64,000 nt of DNA from Anaerolineae bacterium (GTDB lineage Bacteria; Chloroflexota; Anaerolineae; UBA1429): the NCBI GenBank assembly GCA_963675785.1, contig OY776562.1, positions 704,001 through 768,000 on the forward strand. Reading direction: 5' to 3'. The notes beneath the pieces were generated by a model. That model was not told the origin of the DNA. It saw nothing but the letters and a program-made list of their open reading frames with translations, and made no database searches. Both the position numbers and the translations under genes were made by a program. How positions within the stretch are numbered: the stretch's first letter is position 1; the number at the start of each line of letters is the position of its first letter. Below, piece after piece: positions 38,974 through 48,983 of this stretch.

Positions 38974-40485
38974 ATGGTGCAGAACAGATCCTATCCGCTC
39001 TCAAAGAACGCGCGATGGTTGCTGCTAGCAATCGTCGCGGTTTATGTGTTGCTAGGCTCTCTCTATGCAATCGAAACGCCTGCCTGGCAATCCCCTGATG
39101 AACCTGCGCATTACAACTATGTGGCCTATATCGCCACCACAGGTCAGCTCCCCGTGTTGCAACTGGGGGATTACCCTGCCGAATACCTGGAAGAGCTCAA
39201 GGCTGCTCGCTTTCCCGCAGAGTTGTCGGTGGACAGCATCCGCTACGAATCGCACCAACCGCCGCTTTATTACCTTGTCGCTTCGCCTGTCTTTCTCTTG
39301 GCGCGTGCTTTCGATCTGAACGAGCTCTTGGTCCTGCGGCTCTTTTCTGTCCTGCTCGAAAGTATTGCTCTGGCACTTGGCTATCTGGCTTTGTACACCC
39401 TGCTCAAGGGACGCACACTACTGACCACATTGGCTATGGGGCTGGTGGCTTTGATCCCCATGCATGTGGCCCTAACGGCTGCCGTCAATAGTGATGTCAT
39501 GGCTGAATTGATGATCGCCCTGGTCGCCTTTTACGTTATCCGTGGCCGTGGGAGCTGGTCGACTCGCCGTATTGTCGGCCTGGGGCTCTTGCTTGGTCTT
39601 TGTGCTCTTACCAAACTGCAAACCTACACGGCCGGCGCCTTTGCAGCTTTTGCTCTCTATGACGAGGCCACCGAGGGGTCTTTTAGGCTCAAGCATATCT
39701 CCAAGCGTTGGTGGGCCTGGTTTGCCTTGACCATCGTTGTGGCTTTGGCTGTGCTGGCGCCTTGGTTGGTGCACAACGGACTAACCTATGGCTGGAATGA
39801 TTTACTGGGTCTCCATCGCCACGATACTGTGGTATTGGGCCAGCTTACCACCGCCGACTATTTGGCGGCGAACGGTGGGTGGGCGTTGTTGAGAGCCTTT
39901 TGCACCACAACCTTTCATAGTTTTTGGGGCCAATTTGGTTGGATGGGCGTGGTGCTGGATCGGCGTATCTATCAGCTATTCGGGCTCTTTTGTCTTATTG
40001 CCCTGAGCGGCATGATTCTAGGCTGGCGGCGTAAACGGCGTGCGGGAACCCATTTCGATGGTTACGCGTTAGGATTACTGTCTGTATGGCTTCTGGTGAC
40101 CACGCTAGGTTATTTGTGGTGGAATCTCTCCTATGTACAACATCAGGGGCGCTATCTGTTTCCTGCACTGTTGCCCATTTGCGTCGGCCTGGCCTGGGGA
40201 TGGGAACAAGCACTTGTTGTAGTTGAAGAGACTCAGCGGCGCGGGGCCTATGGCAAAGTTATACAGGGGTTTATTTGCGGGGCCATTTCGGGCTTATTCT
40301 CTTGGCTAGCGAACGTTCTATCGCGCTTTGACATTGCCCTACTGGCTGGCTCGATGGTGGGGCTTCCCACATTGGCCTATCTTCGCCGTCGCCTGGGCGC
40401 GATGATCTGGGGAGTCGTTTGGGCGGGCTTGGCACTGCTCGATATCTATATTCTCTATCGGCAAATACTGCCGGCGTTGATCTGA
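38974..40485 (+). CDS. GT-C fold multi-TM glycosyltransferase (DUF2142/GT39-like)
   Basis: PDEPAHYNY, YE.HQPPLYY, VNSD, LTK, SFWGQFGW, QGRYLFP; about 12 TM helices. Confidence 0.75.
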   Translation: MVQNRSYPLSKNARWLLLAIVAVYVLLGSLYAIETPAWQSPDEPAHYNYVAYIATTGQLPVLQLGDYPAEYLEELKAARFPAELSVDSIRYESHQPPLYYLVASPVFLLARAFDLNELLVLRLFSVLLESIALALGYLALYTLLKGRTLLTTLAMGLVALIPMHVALTAAVNSDVMAELMIALVAFYVIRGRGSWSTRRIVGLGLLLGLCALTKLQTYTAGAFAAFALYDEATEGSFRLKHISKRWWAWFALTIVVALAVLAPWLVHNGLTYGWNDLLGLHRHDTVVLGQLTTADYLAANGGWALLRAFCTTTFHSFWGQFGWMGVVLDRRIYQLFGLFCLIALSGMILGWRRKRRAGTHFDGYALGLLSVWLLVTTLGYLWWNLSYVQHQGRYLFPALLPICVGLAWGWEQALVVVEETQRRGAYGKVIQGFICGAISGLFSWLANVLSRFDIALLAGSMVGLPTLAYLRRRLGAMIWGVVWAGLALLDIYILYRQILPALI

Positions 40486-40506
40486 GGTTGAGGTTGTTTT
40501 AGCAGG

Positions 40507-42468
40507 ATGTATATCGCTAAATCAAGAGCAATTGAACATCGAGCAATTCTTAACCTTGTCCAAAGGCTGTGGTTTCCTCTGGCTTTGGCAGGTGTCATAT
40601 TGGGGTTTTACTGGGCCAGTCTCTCCTTTCCCTTGATATGGGACGATCCTCAGTGGTACCAACAGGGAGCAGGTCGTTCTCTCTGGGAACTCTTGGGCCC
40701 CACGCCTAGCTATCAGTTCTATCGCCCCTTGGCGCTCTTTTGGAGCAATTGTTTCCTTGTTGATGGTACCGTGGATGTACAAGCGGCTCATATCGTTCAG
40801 CTCTTGGTGCATCTTGCCAATACGTTGCTGGCCCTAAAATTAGCCCTTTCACTGGGCCTGAATCATCGCACGTCTCGTTTAGCCGCGCTCGTTTTTGCCC
40901 TACATCCCTTCTCTTACCAAGCCGTCTCTTGGCAGGCCGCCCATCAACCTTTTTCGCTGTTGTTCATCCTTCTGGCGGTTGATCTTGCTCTGATCTATGG
41001 CCGTGACAAGAAATGGTGGATACTGACTGCTAGCGCCTTTACTTATGCGTGCGCCCTTCTTTTCCATGAGAGCGCGGCTGCCTTTGTCTGGGTGTTCTTT
41101 GGCATTGCCTTGGTCCCGGCGCTTAAAAACGCTCAGTGGCGTTCATGGAGATGGCTAAAAAAGAATCTTTGGCCCTTGATCTTTGTGGCTCTGGTGGGCA
41201 TCTATGTTTGGATCTGGTGGAGTATTCCTCGACTGGATGCCTATACTGTATTCTCCCCCGAGATGATATCGCTTGTTTATCTCTTGCAGTCCATCGTGGC
41301 TCCTCTGGCTGCTTTGGTGCAGCTCTGCGGACTGAATCTTTCTACCATCGCTCTGTTCATCGTGCTATTGATTGGCATCACTGGACTGTTCGTCTGGGTG
41401 GGCAAGAGCAAGGGGTGGTTTGTCTCATCAGTGGCCCTTCTTTGGGCGCTAGTGGGTCTTGCCCCTGTGTGGGTCGGCCTCGATTGGGGCTATATCCAGC
41501 TGGGACCTCGCTTGGTCTATCAATCATTGCCTGGTACGGCGCTTCTGTGGGCTCTCGCCATGGATGCTCTCTGTGTTCATCACCGCTTGGCTGTTCGCTT
41601 ATTGGGAATCGTCACCATAGTTTTTGTCTTCGGGGTAGCCATCTGGCAACTTTATCAGCAAGATGGACTGAGTCGGGTGGCTTCGCGTTTGCAGAGTGAT
41701 TTATTGGCGACCATGCCCGATGATGGCGAAAAATACCTTTTTGTGAACTATCCCGACCGTTTATCGCTAGAGCAAACGCCATTCCCTCTCGGATATTGGG
41801 GGATCATTATTTCACCAGCTGCAGCTCAGATCGATGTTTCGGACTTTGCCTACATGACCAGTGGCGTACAAGTAGAGACTACCAATGTCTCGGTGCCTGC
41901 CTTGGAATTGGATGAGCGTGAAGAATTCGATTTCAAGATTGATTTGCGGGGAGTTCCTGTTGGCTCCGCCGAGTTCTCAAAGCTTGCCCTGAGCGCTGAT
42001 CATGTGTATGTGACGCGCTATCAAGACGGACGCATCTTTCTTCAAGATGAGACCAAAGATTCGGCGCTTTACGAAGAGATAGAAGCGATATTCGGCGATT
42101 TCCTGCTTCTCAGGAATTACAACCTAGAAGTAGTCAATCATAGTCTATCAATCAATTTGGTGTGGGAAGCGTTGGACCAAGGGGTTGTTGGCGATACGAT
42201 TTTCGTCCATCTCCTGTCGCCTGAGGGTGTCTATCTGGCCGGAGCGGACGGCGATCTCATGTTGGGTATCCTGCCCCTTTTCGAATGCCCCATAGGTGAA
42301 CTCATCACAGATAAACGTTCGATTGATGTGGGCGATCTTGTAGGACAAGAGTGTGTCGTGACTGTGGGGATTTACAATCGCGATTCGGGGATTCGCGCAA
42401 CCGTGCAGACTTCAGATTTGGGCATTACTAACGACGAAGCCATTCTCGGTAGCGTTTTTATTCCCTAG
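40507..42468 (+). CDS. GT-C-like multi-TM glycosyltransferase with a C-terminal extracellular domain
   Basis: WDD, FYRPL, FALHP..QAV.W, HE motifs; C-terminal L.W....IFVHL....D..GIY domain. Confidence 0.65.
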   Translation: MYIAKSRAIEHRAILNLVQRLWFPLALAGVILGFYWASLSFPLIWDDPQWYQQGAGRSLWELLGPTPSYQFYRPLALFWSNCFLVDGTVDVQAAHIVQLLVHLANTLLALKLALSLGLNHRTSRLAALVFALHPFSYQAVSWQAAHQPFSLLFILLAVDLALIYGRDKKWWILTASAFTYACALLFHESAAAFVWVFFGIALVPALKNAQWRSWRWLKKNLWPLIFVALVGIYVWIWWSIPRLDAYTVFSPEMISLVYLLQSIVAPLAALVQLCGLNLSTIALFIVLLIGITGLFVWVGKSKGWFVSSVALLWALVGLAPVWVGLDWGYIQLGPRLVYQSLPGTALLWALAMDALCVHHRLAVRLLGIVTIVFVFGVAIWQLYQQDGLSRVASRLQSDLLATMPDDGEKYLFVNYPDRLSLEQTPFPLGYWGIIISPAAAQIDVSDFAYMTSGVQVETTNVSVPALELDEREEFDFKIDLRGVPVGSAEFSKLALSADHVYVTRYQDGRIFLQDETKDSALYEEIEAIFGDFLLLRNYNLEVVNHSLSINLVWEALDQGVVGDTIFVHLLSPEGVYLAGADGDLMLGILPLFECPIGELITDKRSIDVGDLVGQECVVTVGIYNRDSGIRATVQTSDLGITNDEAILGSVFIP

Positions 42469-42479
42469 AAGGTAAATTC

Positions 42480-42908
42480 CTACTCGTCGTCATCGTCTGC
42501 TGCTTGCTGCGGAAAGATGATCTCTAGTACATGGCCGTGCACATCAACCACAACACGAAACCCCATGAGTCGTAGCCAAGGTATCCACTGGTCGCGATCT
42601 ACTGTGCGAATGTTCTTATCCAAGTTCCGTATCGAAGCATCGATGGCTGCCTTGGTAAAGATATCGTCCTTACCCATCATCTCTAGCATAGAACGCACAA
42701 CTTCGTCCTGCACAGATGTGATCTGCTCTTTGATACCCTCTAGCACAACCTGGTCGATGTCTTCGGCGATGACATGCCGCAAAAAACCGTCATCGGGAAT
42801 AGCATAGTGAGCAACCCCACCAATATAGGCAACCTCGGCAGGCTCACCTAGCTCGTTATAGATCAGACCTTCGAACAGCGGCAGAGTGGATGTGATCTGA
42901 TCGCTCAT
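42480..42908 (-). CDS. conserved hypothetical protein
   Basis: GAGG RBS before MSDQ; LFEGL, DDGFLRH, GFRVVVDVHG; co-transcribed with SWIM/SNF2. Confidence 0.7.
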   Translation of the reverse strand: MSDQITSTLPLFEGLIYNELGEPAEVAYIGGVAHYAIPDDGFLRHVIAEDIDQVVLEGIKEQITSVQDEVVRSMLEMMGKDDIFTKAAIDASIRNLDKNIRTVDRDQWIPWLRLMGFRVVVDVHGHVLEIIFPQQAADDDDE

Positions 42909-42912
42909 TTCA

Positions 42913-43752
42913 TCATTCCTCGGCTTTCTCGCCGTTATTGACTGGCTCCTCATAGGCAATCTTTAGCGCTTGTTGCGATACCGTACTATACACTTTTGCA
43001 AGCCTTGCCATCAAGCTGCTGTCATTGATGAATCCCGGGCGCCCAAGTAGTTTGATGATCTGCATTCTAATCTCGGGCCCGTGTACGCGAATGTGCACAT
43101 CTGTGCCTTCAGGGCCCATCTCCCAATACGAGTCAATACATTCTTCGAGCGGAGGTTCGTAGGCCATGTCCGTCAAAGCGGCGCGTGCCTCTGATTTCTC
43201 CCCGTCGTTGGTCCCCCGCAATTCGCGCAGTGCCGCAATGATCTGTTCGCGGTTTCTGCCCCGCAGTTTGAACAAGAGATATGGGTCTTCGTCGAGCAAG
43301 TCACCAAAGGCGATACATGCTGCGGCTACATGCCGGCAGGGCACTGACCAGTTCGGCCCGCTGCATTCAGAGCCAATGTCACTCCGTTCAGAGGGTAACA
43401 ACGAGACGCCCTGCGCCTCAAAAATATCTTCAATATCGCGCGGTATCTCACCGTTCAGCAGGTGAGCAGAAAAACTGGCCTCTTCGGACATGGCTGCAAT
43501 GGCTTGTTCCCACACGTTGTCCCGAAAGGTCTGTACGCTGATGATGACGTGAAAGGTTTCTTCGTTCGGTTCGCTCACATCGGCTTCAAAGCGGCCGACG
43601 TCCACAACTAGATTCTTGACACGTCCGGCGCGAACATAGCGCATGCGCCCTGTGGATAGCAGGCTATTGCTAACCCATCCTTGCAGGGCTTGAAGCCACT
43701 TGCCAGACCACAATGTTTTATAATGCGTTCTGCCCATGTCCATGCTTGGCAT
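42913..43752 (-). CDS. SWIM zinc-finger family protein (SNF2 partner)
   Basis: GR.RY.R.GRV, LL.GE.P, C-S-G-P-x4-PCRH, DPYLLFKLRG. Confidence 0.85.
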   Translation of the reverse strand: MPSMDMGRTHYKTLWSGKWLQALQGWVSNSLLSTGRMRYVRAGRVKNLVVDVGRFEADVSEPNEETFHVIISVQTFRDNVWEQAIAAMSEEASFSAHLLNGEIPRDIEDIFEAQGVSLLPSERSDIGSECSGPNWSVPCRHVAAACIAFGDLLDEDPYLLFKLRGRNREQIIAALRELRGTNDGEKSEARAALTDMAYEPPLEECIDSYWEMGPEGTDVHIRVHGPEIRMQIIKLLGRPGFINDSSLMARLAKVYSTVSQQALKIAYEEPVNNGEKAEE

Positions 43753-46700
43753 TAGTCGTCTCCCAGCTCGTCGTCGATCGATTCTGAGCGCAGCAAGATA
43801 ACATCCTTGAGCTCATCCGTCGACAGTTCTGTGAGCCAGCCTTCGCCCGAGCCAACTACATTCTCGGCCAATTCGCGCTTGCTTTCGATGAGTGTATCAA
43901 TGCGTTCTTCAAGCGTGCCCGGGCAAATGAACTTGTGTACCTGTACATTTTGTGTTTGACCGATGCGGTAGGCGCGGTCAGTAGCTTGGTTCTCTACGGC
44001 CGGGTTCCACCAGCGATCATAATGGAATACGTGGTTGGCACGCATCAAGTTCAATCCCAAGCCGCCTGCTTTGAGCGAGAGCACAAAAATGGAAGGGGCG
44101 CGTTCATCTTCTTGGAATCGCTCCAGCATGTGGTCACGCTGGCGTTGCGGCGTGCCCCCGTGTAAAAAGAGCACCTCTTGGCCAAAATGTTCCTGCAAAT
44201 GGCGTTGCAAGACAAAGCCCATCTGGGCAAATTGGGTAAATACCAGCGCTCGATCGCCAACGGCCAGTACTTCTTCCAGCATCTCGGTCAGGCGGTTGAG
44301 CTTGCCTGACCGACTGGCCGATGCCGAACCGTCCGCCAGATAGAGCGCAGGATGATCGCAAATCTGCTTGAGCCGGGTGAGCATGGTAAGCACCATGCCC
44401 CGTCTCCTGATGCCCGACATATCCTTGCTGTCCTGATTGAGTTGGCTCAAGCCGTTTTGCACCACTGCCTGGTAAAGGCTAGCCTGCTCGCGCGTCAGGT
44501 TGCAATACACCTTGTACTCGAACTTTTCTGGCAAGTCTTGGATGACTTGCGGATCGGTTTTCACGCGGCGCAGCACAAAGGGGCGCACCAGTATCCGTAG
44601 TTTCTCGGATGCTGCCTCATCCTGGAAGCGCTCGATGGGCACAGCGAATTCGCGTCTAAAGCTCTCCAGCGAACCCAAATAACCGGGGAGCAAAAAGCTG
44701 ATGATGGACCACAGCTCTGAAAGGCGGTTCTCGATGGGTGTGCCAGTGAGGGCGATGCGATAGTCAGAATCCAACAGGCGTACGGCCCGTGCTTGTTTGG
44801 TATAAGGGTTCTTGATGTTCTGAGCTTCATCAAGGATAACGTTGGCCCAGCGCACTTGCCGCAAATCCTCGAGGTCACGACGCACCAAACCATACGTACT
44901 TACCACAATATCATTGCTCAGGCTCTGCTGAATAAAGTTCTCGCCTTCGGCGCGGCCGGTACCGTGATGTACCATCACGTTGAGATCGGGCGCAAAACGT
45001 TGAATTTCACGCTTCCAGTTGCCCACCAACGATGTGGGGCACACCAATAGCGTGGGGTTTTCTCCGCCGCCGTTCTTTCGCTCGTGCAGAACAAGGGCAA
45101 TAGCCTGGATGGTCTTGCCCAGACCCATGTCATCGGCTAGGCAGGCACCCAAATGCCAGTGCCGCAAAAAAGCCAACCACGAGAGGCCCCGTTTTTGGTA
45201 GGGACGCAACTCGCCCACAAAGTCTTCGGGTGTGTTGAGCTCGGGCAATTCCTGCCCGGAATCCAGTTGGCTCAAGAGACTGGCCAGCCAGCCATCTACT
45301 TCGATGGCGGATACTGTGAGCCCATCTAACTCGTCTTCAACACCCAGAGCCAACCCCAGAGCTTCGTGCAGCTCAATGCTTGACCGTTGCTGCTGTTTTT
45401 CCCAAAAGGCGATGGCTGCTTCCACTTGGTCCGGTTGCAGCAATACCCATCGCCCACGAACCTGGACCAGCGGCGTCTTGAGCTGAGCCAGGCGCTCAAA
45501 CTCTTCTTTCGTCAGCACCTCGTCGCCCAGAGCCAGTTCCCAGTCATATTCGACCAGGCTGTCCATGCTCAACATGCCCTTTTGTTGCGGCTCGATCATA
45601 TTGCCTTTGAGCTTGGCGCGTACGCTCAGGCGGGCGTCCGACCGATTCCACCAGGGCGGAACCATGACCGCAAACCCCTTTTCCTGCAAGAGCTGGGCGG
45701 TTTCGCGCAAAAAGCGAAAGGCCTCTTGGGCCGATAGTGTCGCCGATTCGGGTTTTTCTTTACGAAGGCTGCGCTGAATTGCCGTGCTGTATTGCGCGGC
45801 AATGCCCAGACCGGCCAGCAATCGTTCTTGTGCGTTCTCAAAGCTGTGATCGAGAAAACCGCCCGGGGCGATTTGTCCTTGCCACACGTCATGGACGGGT
45901 ACGAGCAGGCTGGGGTCTTTGACGGACTGGAACAGATATTCCAGTCGCCAATGTGCCTCAGAGCTCTCCAGGTCATAATCAGGAGCTTCCAGTCGGAAAC
46001 AGAGCTTAAAGTCGAAATGCTCGACTTGCTGTGATGGGTATGTCCAACTTCGCCAGGATTGCTGAAAGCGGTCGAGTTCGCCCCGTTTCGCTTCTGGCAC
46101 GGCCATGGTGTTATCGTCGGCGTAAAGCGCCTGCCACCAGGCACTGTCGACACGCGATGTTCGCACCCGCCGGGTTCGCTGCGCCAGGCCAAACTCTGCC
46201 GCATTGGGCGAGGCATAGGCCCAGTCTCGCACGGCCGAATCGACGAGGTTCTCGATAAAGCTAGACAGAACCGTATACGGGCGTGGCACCACTTCGCGCG
46301 CGTCATTCGCCGTTTCGCGAACTACGGCACGACATACGGGCGGCATGGCCTTCATCAGTAGGGTAAAGCGCTCGCGATCGTTCTCATCATTGATATAGGG
46401 CAACCAAATGGCGCCATAAGCATCGCCGTTTTTTTGCATACCGGGCAAAAAGCGTTCGCGAGCCAGCAACTCTAGGCCGAATTTGGCCACCAGACCCCAG
46501 TAACGCAAATCCTCGCCCAATTTATGGTCGTTCTGGCTGCCGTTCTGCATGGCAGGCAGCACCGTAAGCACGCGCAGCATATCGAGCACCGAAACGCCAA
46601 TACCTTCAACACGCCAGGGAGCCAGAATAGGCTCGGTATCTGGGTCAGGAGAGGCGTTATCCGCGGCTAACCAACCGGGTACAATAGGAGATTGCTCGCG

Positions 46701-46943
46701 CGATGGAAGCAGAGCAACGCGCGTGAGGCGCTGGGCACCCTGCCAGGCAATGCTCGGCACATAGTGCGACAGCAGATCCGCAATCTCGATAGTCGTCGCG
46801 CCGTACGGATGACGTAGAATGCGAGGTGTTTTGTTGTGTTGTGCGGGCAGCTCACGCCGAGCCCGCTCTGTCCAAACAAAGAAAAGGCCATCGGTTTGGC
46901 CGTCTCTGTCAGTTACCCAGGTTCCATGCAATACAGCTCGCAT
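43752..46943 (-). CDS. SNF2-family helicase/ATPase
   Basis: LRPYQ, LADDMGLGKT, DEAQ, TGTP.ENR, SGK, DRWWNPAVENQATDRAYRIGQ. Confidence 0.95.
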   Translation of the reverse strand: MRAVLHGTWVTDRDGQTDGLFFVWTERARRELPAQHNKTPRILRHPYGATTIEIADLLSHYVPSIAWQGAQRLTRVALLPSREQSPIVPGWLAADNASPDPDTEPILAPWRVEGIGVSVLDMLRVLTVLPAMQNGSQNDHKLGEDLRYWGLVAKFGLELLARERFLPGMQKNGDAYGAIWLPYINDENDRERFTLLMKAMPPVCRAVVRETANDAREVVPRPYTVLSSFIENLVDSAVRDWAYASPNAAEFGLAQRTRRVRTSRVDSAWWQALYADDNTMAVPEAKRGELDRFQQSWRSWTYPSQQVEHFDFKLCFRLEAPDYDLESSEAHWRLEYLFQSVKDPSLLVPVHDVWQGQIAPGGFLDHSFENAQERLLAGLGIAAQYSTAIQRSLRKEKPESATLSAQEAFRFLRETAQLLQEKGFAVMVPPWWNRSDARLSVRAKLKGNMIEPQQKGMLSMDSLVEYDWELALGDEVLTKEEFERLAQLKTPLVQVRGRWVLLQPDQVEAAIAFWEKQQQRSSIELHEALGLALGVEDELDGLTVSAIEVDGWLASLLSQLDSGQELPELNTPEDFVGELRPYQKRGLSWLAFLRHWHLGACLADDMGLGKTIQAIALVLHERKNGGGENPTLLVCPTSLVGNWKREIQRFAPDLNVMVHHGTGRAEGENFIQQSLSNDIVVSTYGLVRRDLEDLRQVRWANVILDEAQNIKNPYTKQARAVRLLDSDYRIALTGTPIENRLSELWSIISFLLPGYLGSLESFRREFAVPIERFQDEAASEKLRILVRPFVLRRVKTDPQVIQDLPEKFEYKVYCNLTREQASLYQAVVQNGLSQLNQDSKDMSGIRRRGMVLTMLTRLKQICDHPALYLADGSASASRSGKLNRLTEMLEEVLAVGDRALVFTQFAQMGFVLQRHLQEHFGQEVLFLHGGTPQRQRDHMLERFQEDERAPSIFVLSLKAGGLGLNLMRANHVFHYDRWWNPAVENQATDRAYRIGQTQNVQVHKFICPGTLEERIDTLIESKRELAENVVGSGEGWLTELSTDELKDVILLRSESIDDELGDD

Positions 46944-47067
46944 CGATAAGGTGTTACTCCATTTGACAAGAGGCTAACAACTGGCTCATTATTGTACAAC
47001 GCTTTGAGAACAGCGTCCAGAATCCAAGAGCCCCAATTTGTACTTGCACAATGAAAGAAGAAGATAT

Positions 47068-48063
47068 ATGACTACTGTTTCTAATGATGTTGTAAGTCAA
47101 GTTATTGCTTTCCACGGTCATTTCTGCCCCGGTTTAGCCACTGGCATTCGCGTTTCGGAAATAGCTCTCCGCATCTTGGGCCCTCGTGCTGCTGACGAAG
47201 AGATGATTGCCGTTGCCGAAACGCTCAACTGTGCGGTCGATGCCATCCAGTATCTTACAGGATGTAGCATTGGCAAGGGAAATCTGTTTCACCTTGATTA
47301 TGGCAAAAACGCGTTTACGCTGGCCCGACGCAGTGATGGAAAGGCCGTACGCATTGCCAGCAAACCTCGCAAGAGCCAGATGACCGACAAAGAGCAACAA
47401 CTCGTCTCCCGTGTCCGCAGCGGTGAGGCGACGACTGAAGAGCGAGCGGCTTACCAAGTATTATGGCGGCGCCGTGGCCAAGAAGTGCTGGATACCCCCG
47501 AGGACGAACTCTTTGTGATAACAGAATTGAACGATTACGAGTTTCCACCTGAGGCCGTCATCGTGCCCTCGGTCAAGTGCGACAAGTGTGGTGAACTCAC
47601 CATGTCGATCCGCATGACTCGCCTGGATGGTGCTAACCTCTGCCCGGCTTGCTTTGGCGTGGCTCCGCAGCTCACGCTGACGCAGGTGGGTACGGTGGAA
47701 AACGACCTTATCTATCCCGAGGTGGCGCCGCGCGTCAAGAGCGACCGTTCCGTCATTCATATTTTGCCGCAGTACATGCCAGCTTTGCAGGGCATTGAAG
47801 TGGGTGATTCTATCGAGCTGTACTTTATCTTTGATCGCGCTCCTGGCGAACTTTCACTGCTTCAACACCCTCGTGGTGATCAGAGCGTCCCACGCAAAGG
47901 CGTCTTTGCCTTACGCAGCCCGCATCGGCCGTCGCCCCTCGGCGTAACCGTGGTCGAAGTGTTGGAGCTGCTGCCGGACGGCATGGCTGTCAAAGGCTTG
48001 GATGCCTGGAGTGGCAGCCCCATAGTTGACATCAAGCCCAAACCGAAACATTATAGCGCCTGA
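47068..48063 (+). CDS. FmdE-family domain + Zn finger fused to a TsaA/TrmO-like SAM-binding domain
   Basis: FHGHFCPG, C.VDAIQ...GCSIGKGN, CDKC..CPAC, then GVFALRSPHRPSPLG..GLDA..GSPIVDIKP. Confidence 0.8.
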   Translation: MTTVSNDVVSQVIAFHGHFCPGLATGIRVSEIALRILGPRAADEEMIAVAETLNCAVDAIQYLTGCSIGKGNLFHLDYGKNAFTLARRSDGKAVRIASKPRKSQMTDKEQQLVSRVRSGEATTEERAAYQVLWRRRGQEVLDTPEDELFVITELNDYEFPPEAVIVPSVKCDKCGELTMSIRMTRLDGANLCPACFGVAPQLTLTQVGTVENDLIYPEVAPRVKSDRSVIHILPQYMPALQGIEVGDSIELYFIFDRAPGELSLLQHPRGDQSVPRKGVFALRSPHRPSPLGVTVVEVLELLPDGMAVKGLDAWSGSPIVDIKPKPKHYSA

Positions 48064-48099
48064 ATGGCCGCGTTGGCCTGGCATTCGATGGAGGAAACG

Positions 48100-48837
48100 A
48101 TGGGGAAAAAGATTCGCGTTACAGTGTGGAACGAGTACCGCCACGAGAAGAAGGATAAAGCCGTTTCGGACGTCTATCCTGAGGGCATTCACGGCCAGAT
48201 CGCCGCATTCCTTGGTGAGAACGCTGATTTGCAGATTCGCACCGCCACGCTCGATGAGCCCGATAATGGCCTGCCGCAGTCAGTCTTGGATGAGACCGAT
48301 GTATTGATTTGGTGGGGACATATGGCTCACGCCGACGTGCTGGATGAAACTGTAGATCGCGTACAAGCCCGCATTTTGCAAGGCATGGGCCTCATCGTGC
48401 TGCACTCGGGCCATTATTCCAAGATATTCAAGCGCATGATGGGCCAAACCTGCAATTTGAAATGGCGTGAAGTGGGCGAGCGCGAGCGCATTTGGTGTGT
48501 GCGCCCCGGTCATCCCATCGCCAAAGACGTGCCTGAAAAGTTTGTGATCCCTCACGCCGAGATGTATGGCGAGCCCTTTGATATTCCTCAACCCGACGAG
48601 CTTGTTTTCATCAGCTGGTTCCAGGGCGGCGAAGTGTTCCGCAGCGGCTGCTGCTACCATCGCGGCAAGGGCAAGATCTTTTATTTCTGCCCCGGCCACG
48701 AAACCTTCCCCATTTACTATCAAAAAGAAGTTCAGACCGTCATCAAGAACGCTGTTCATTGGGCAGCGCCGGTGGATGGTCCCACCATTACTTGGGATAA
48801 CGTCAAGGCTCAGGAAGAATTTGAGATTTCTGACTGA
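48100..48837 (+). CDS. thuA: trehalose utilization ThuA-like protein
   Basis: [45 protein letters not shown]. Confidence 0.88.
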   Translation: MGKKIRVTVWNEYRHEKKDKAVSDVYPEGIHGQIAAFLGENADLQIRTATLDEPDNGLPQSVLDETDVLIWWGHMAHADVLDETVDRVQARILQGMGLIVLHSGHYSKIFKRMMGQTCNLKWREVGERERIWCVRPGHPIAKDVPEKFVIPHAEMYGEPFDIPQPDELVFISWFQGGEVFRSGCCYHRGKGKIFYFCPGHETFPIYYQKEVQTVIKNAVHWAAPVDGPTITWDNVKAQEEFEISD

Positions 48838-48854
48838 CCGGGCTTGGACAGACC

Positions 48855-48888
48855 AAAAAGGGTGTCCCTACAAGGGGCACCCTTTTTT
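48855..48888. terminator. bidirectional intrinsic terminator
   Basis: AAAAAGGGTGTCCCT-ACA-AGGGGCACCCTTTTTT between convergent thuA and the RT gene. Confidence 0.8.
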
Positions 48889-48983
48889 CTATGGGCGAGT
48901 GCTCAATGTGCTGACTGGAGCCGATTGACGATGGCGAGCAGGTGGCCGTTTGCACGCCCCTTTTTATGGGTTTGGCGTTGTAC

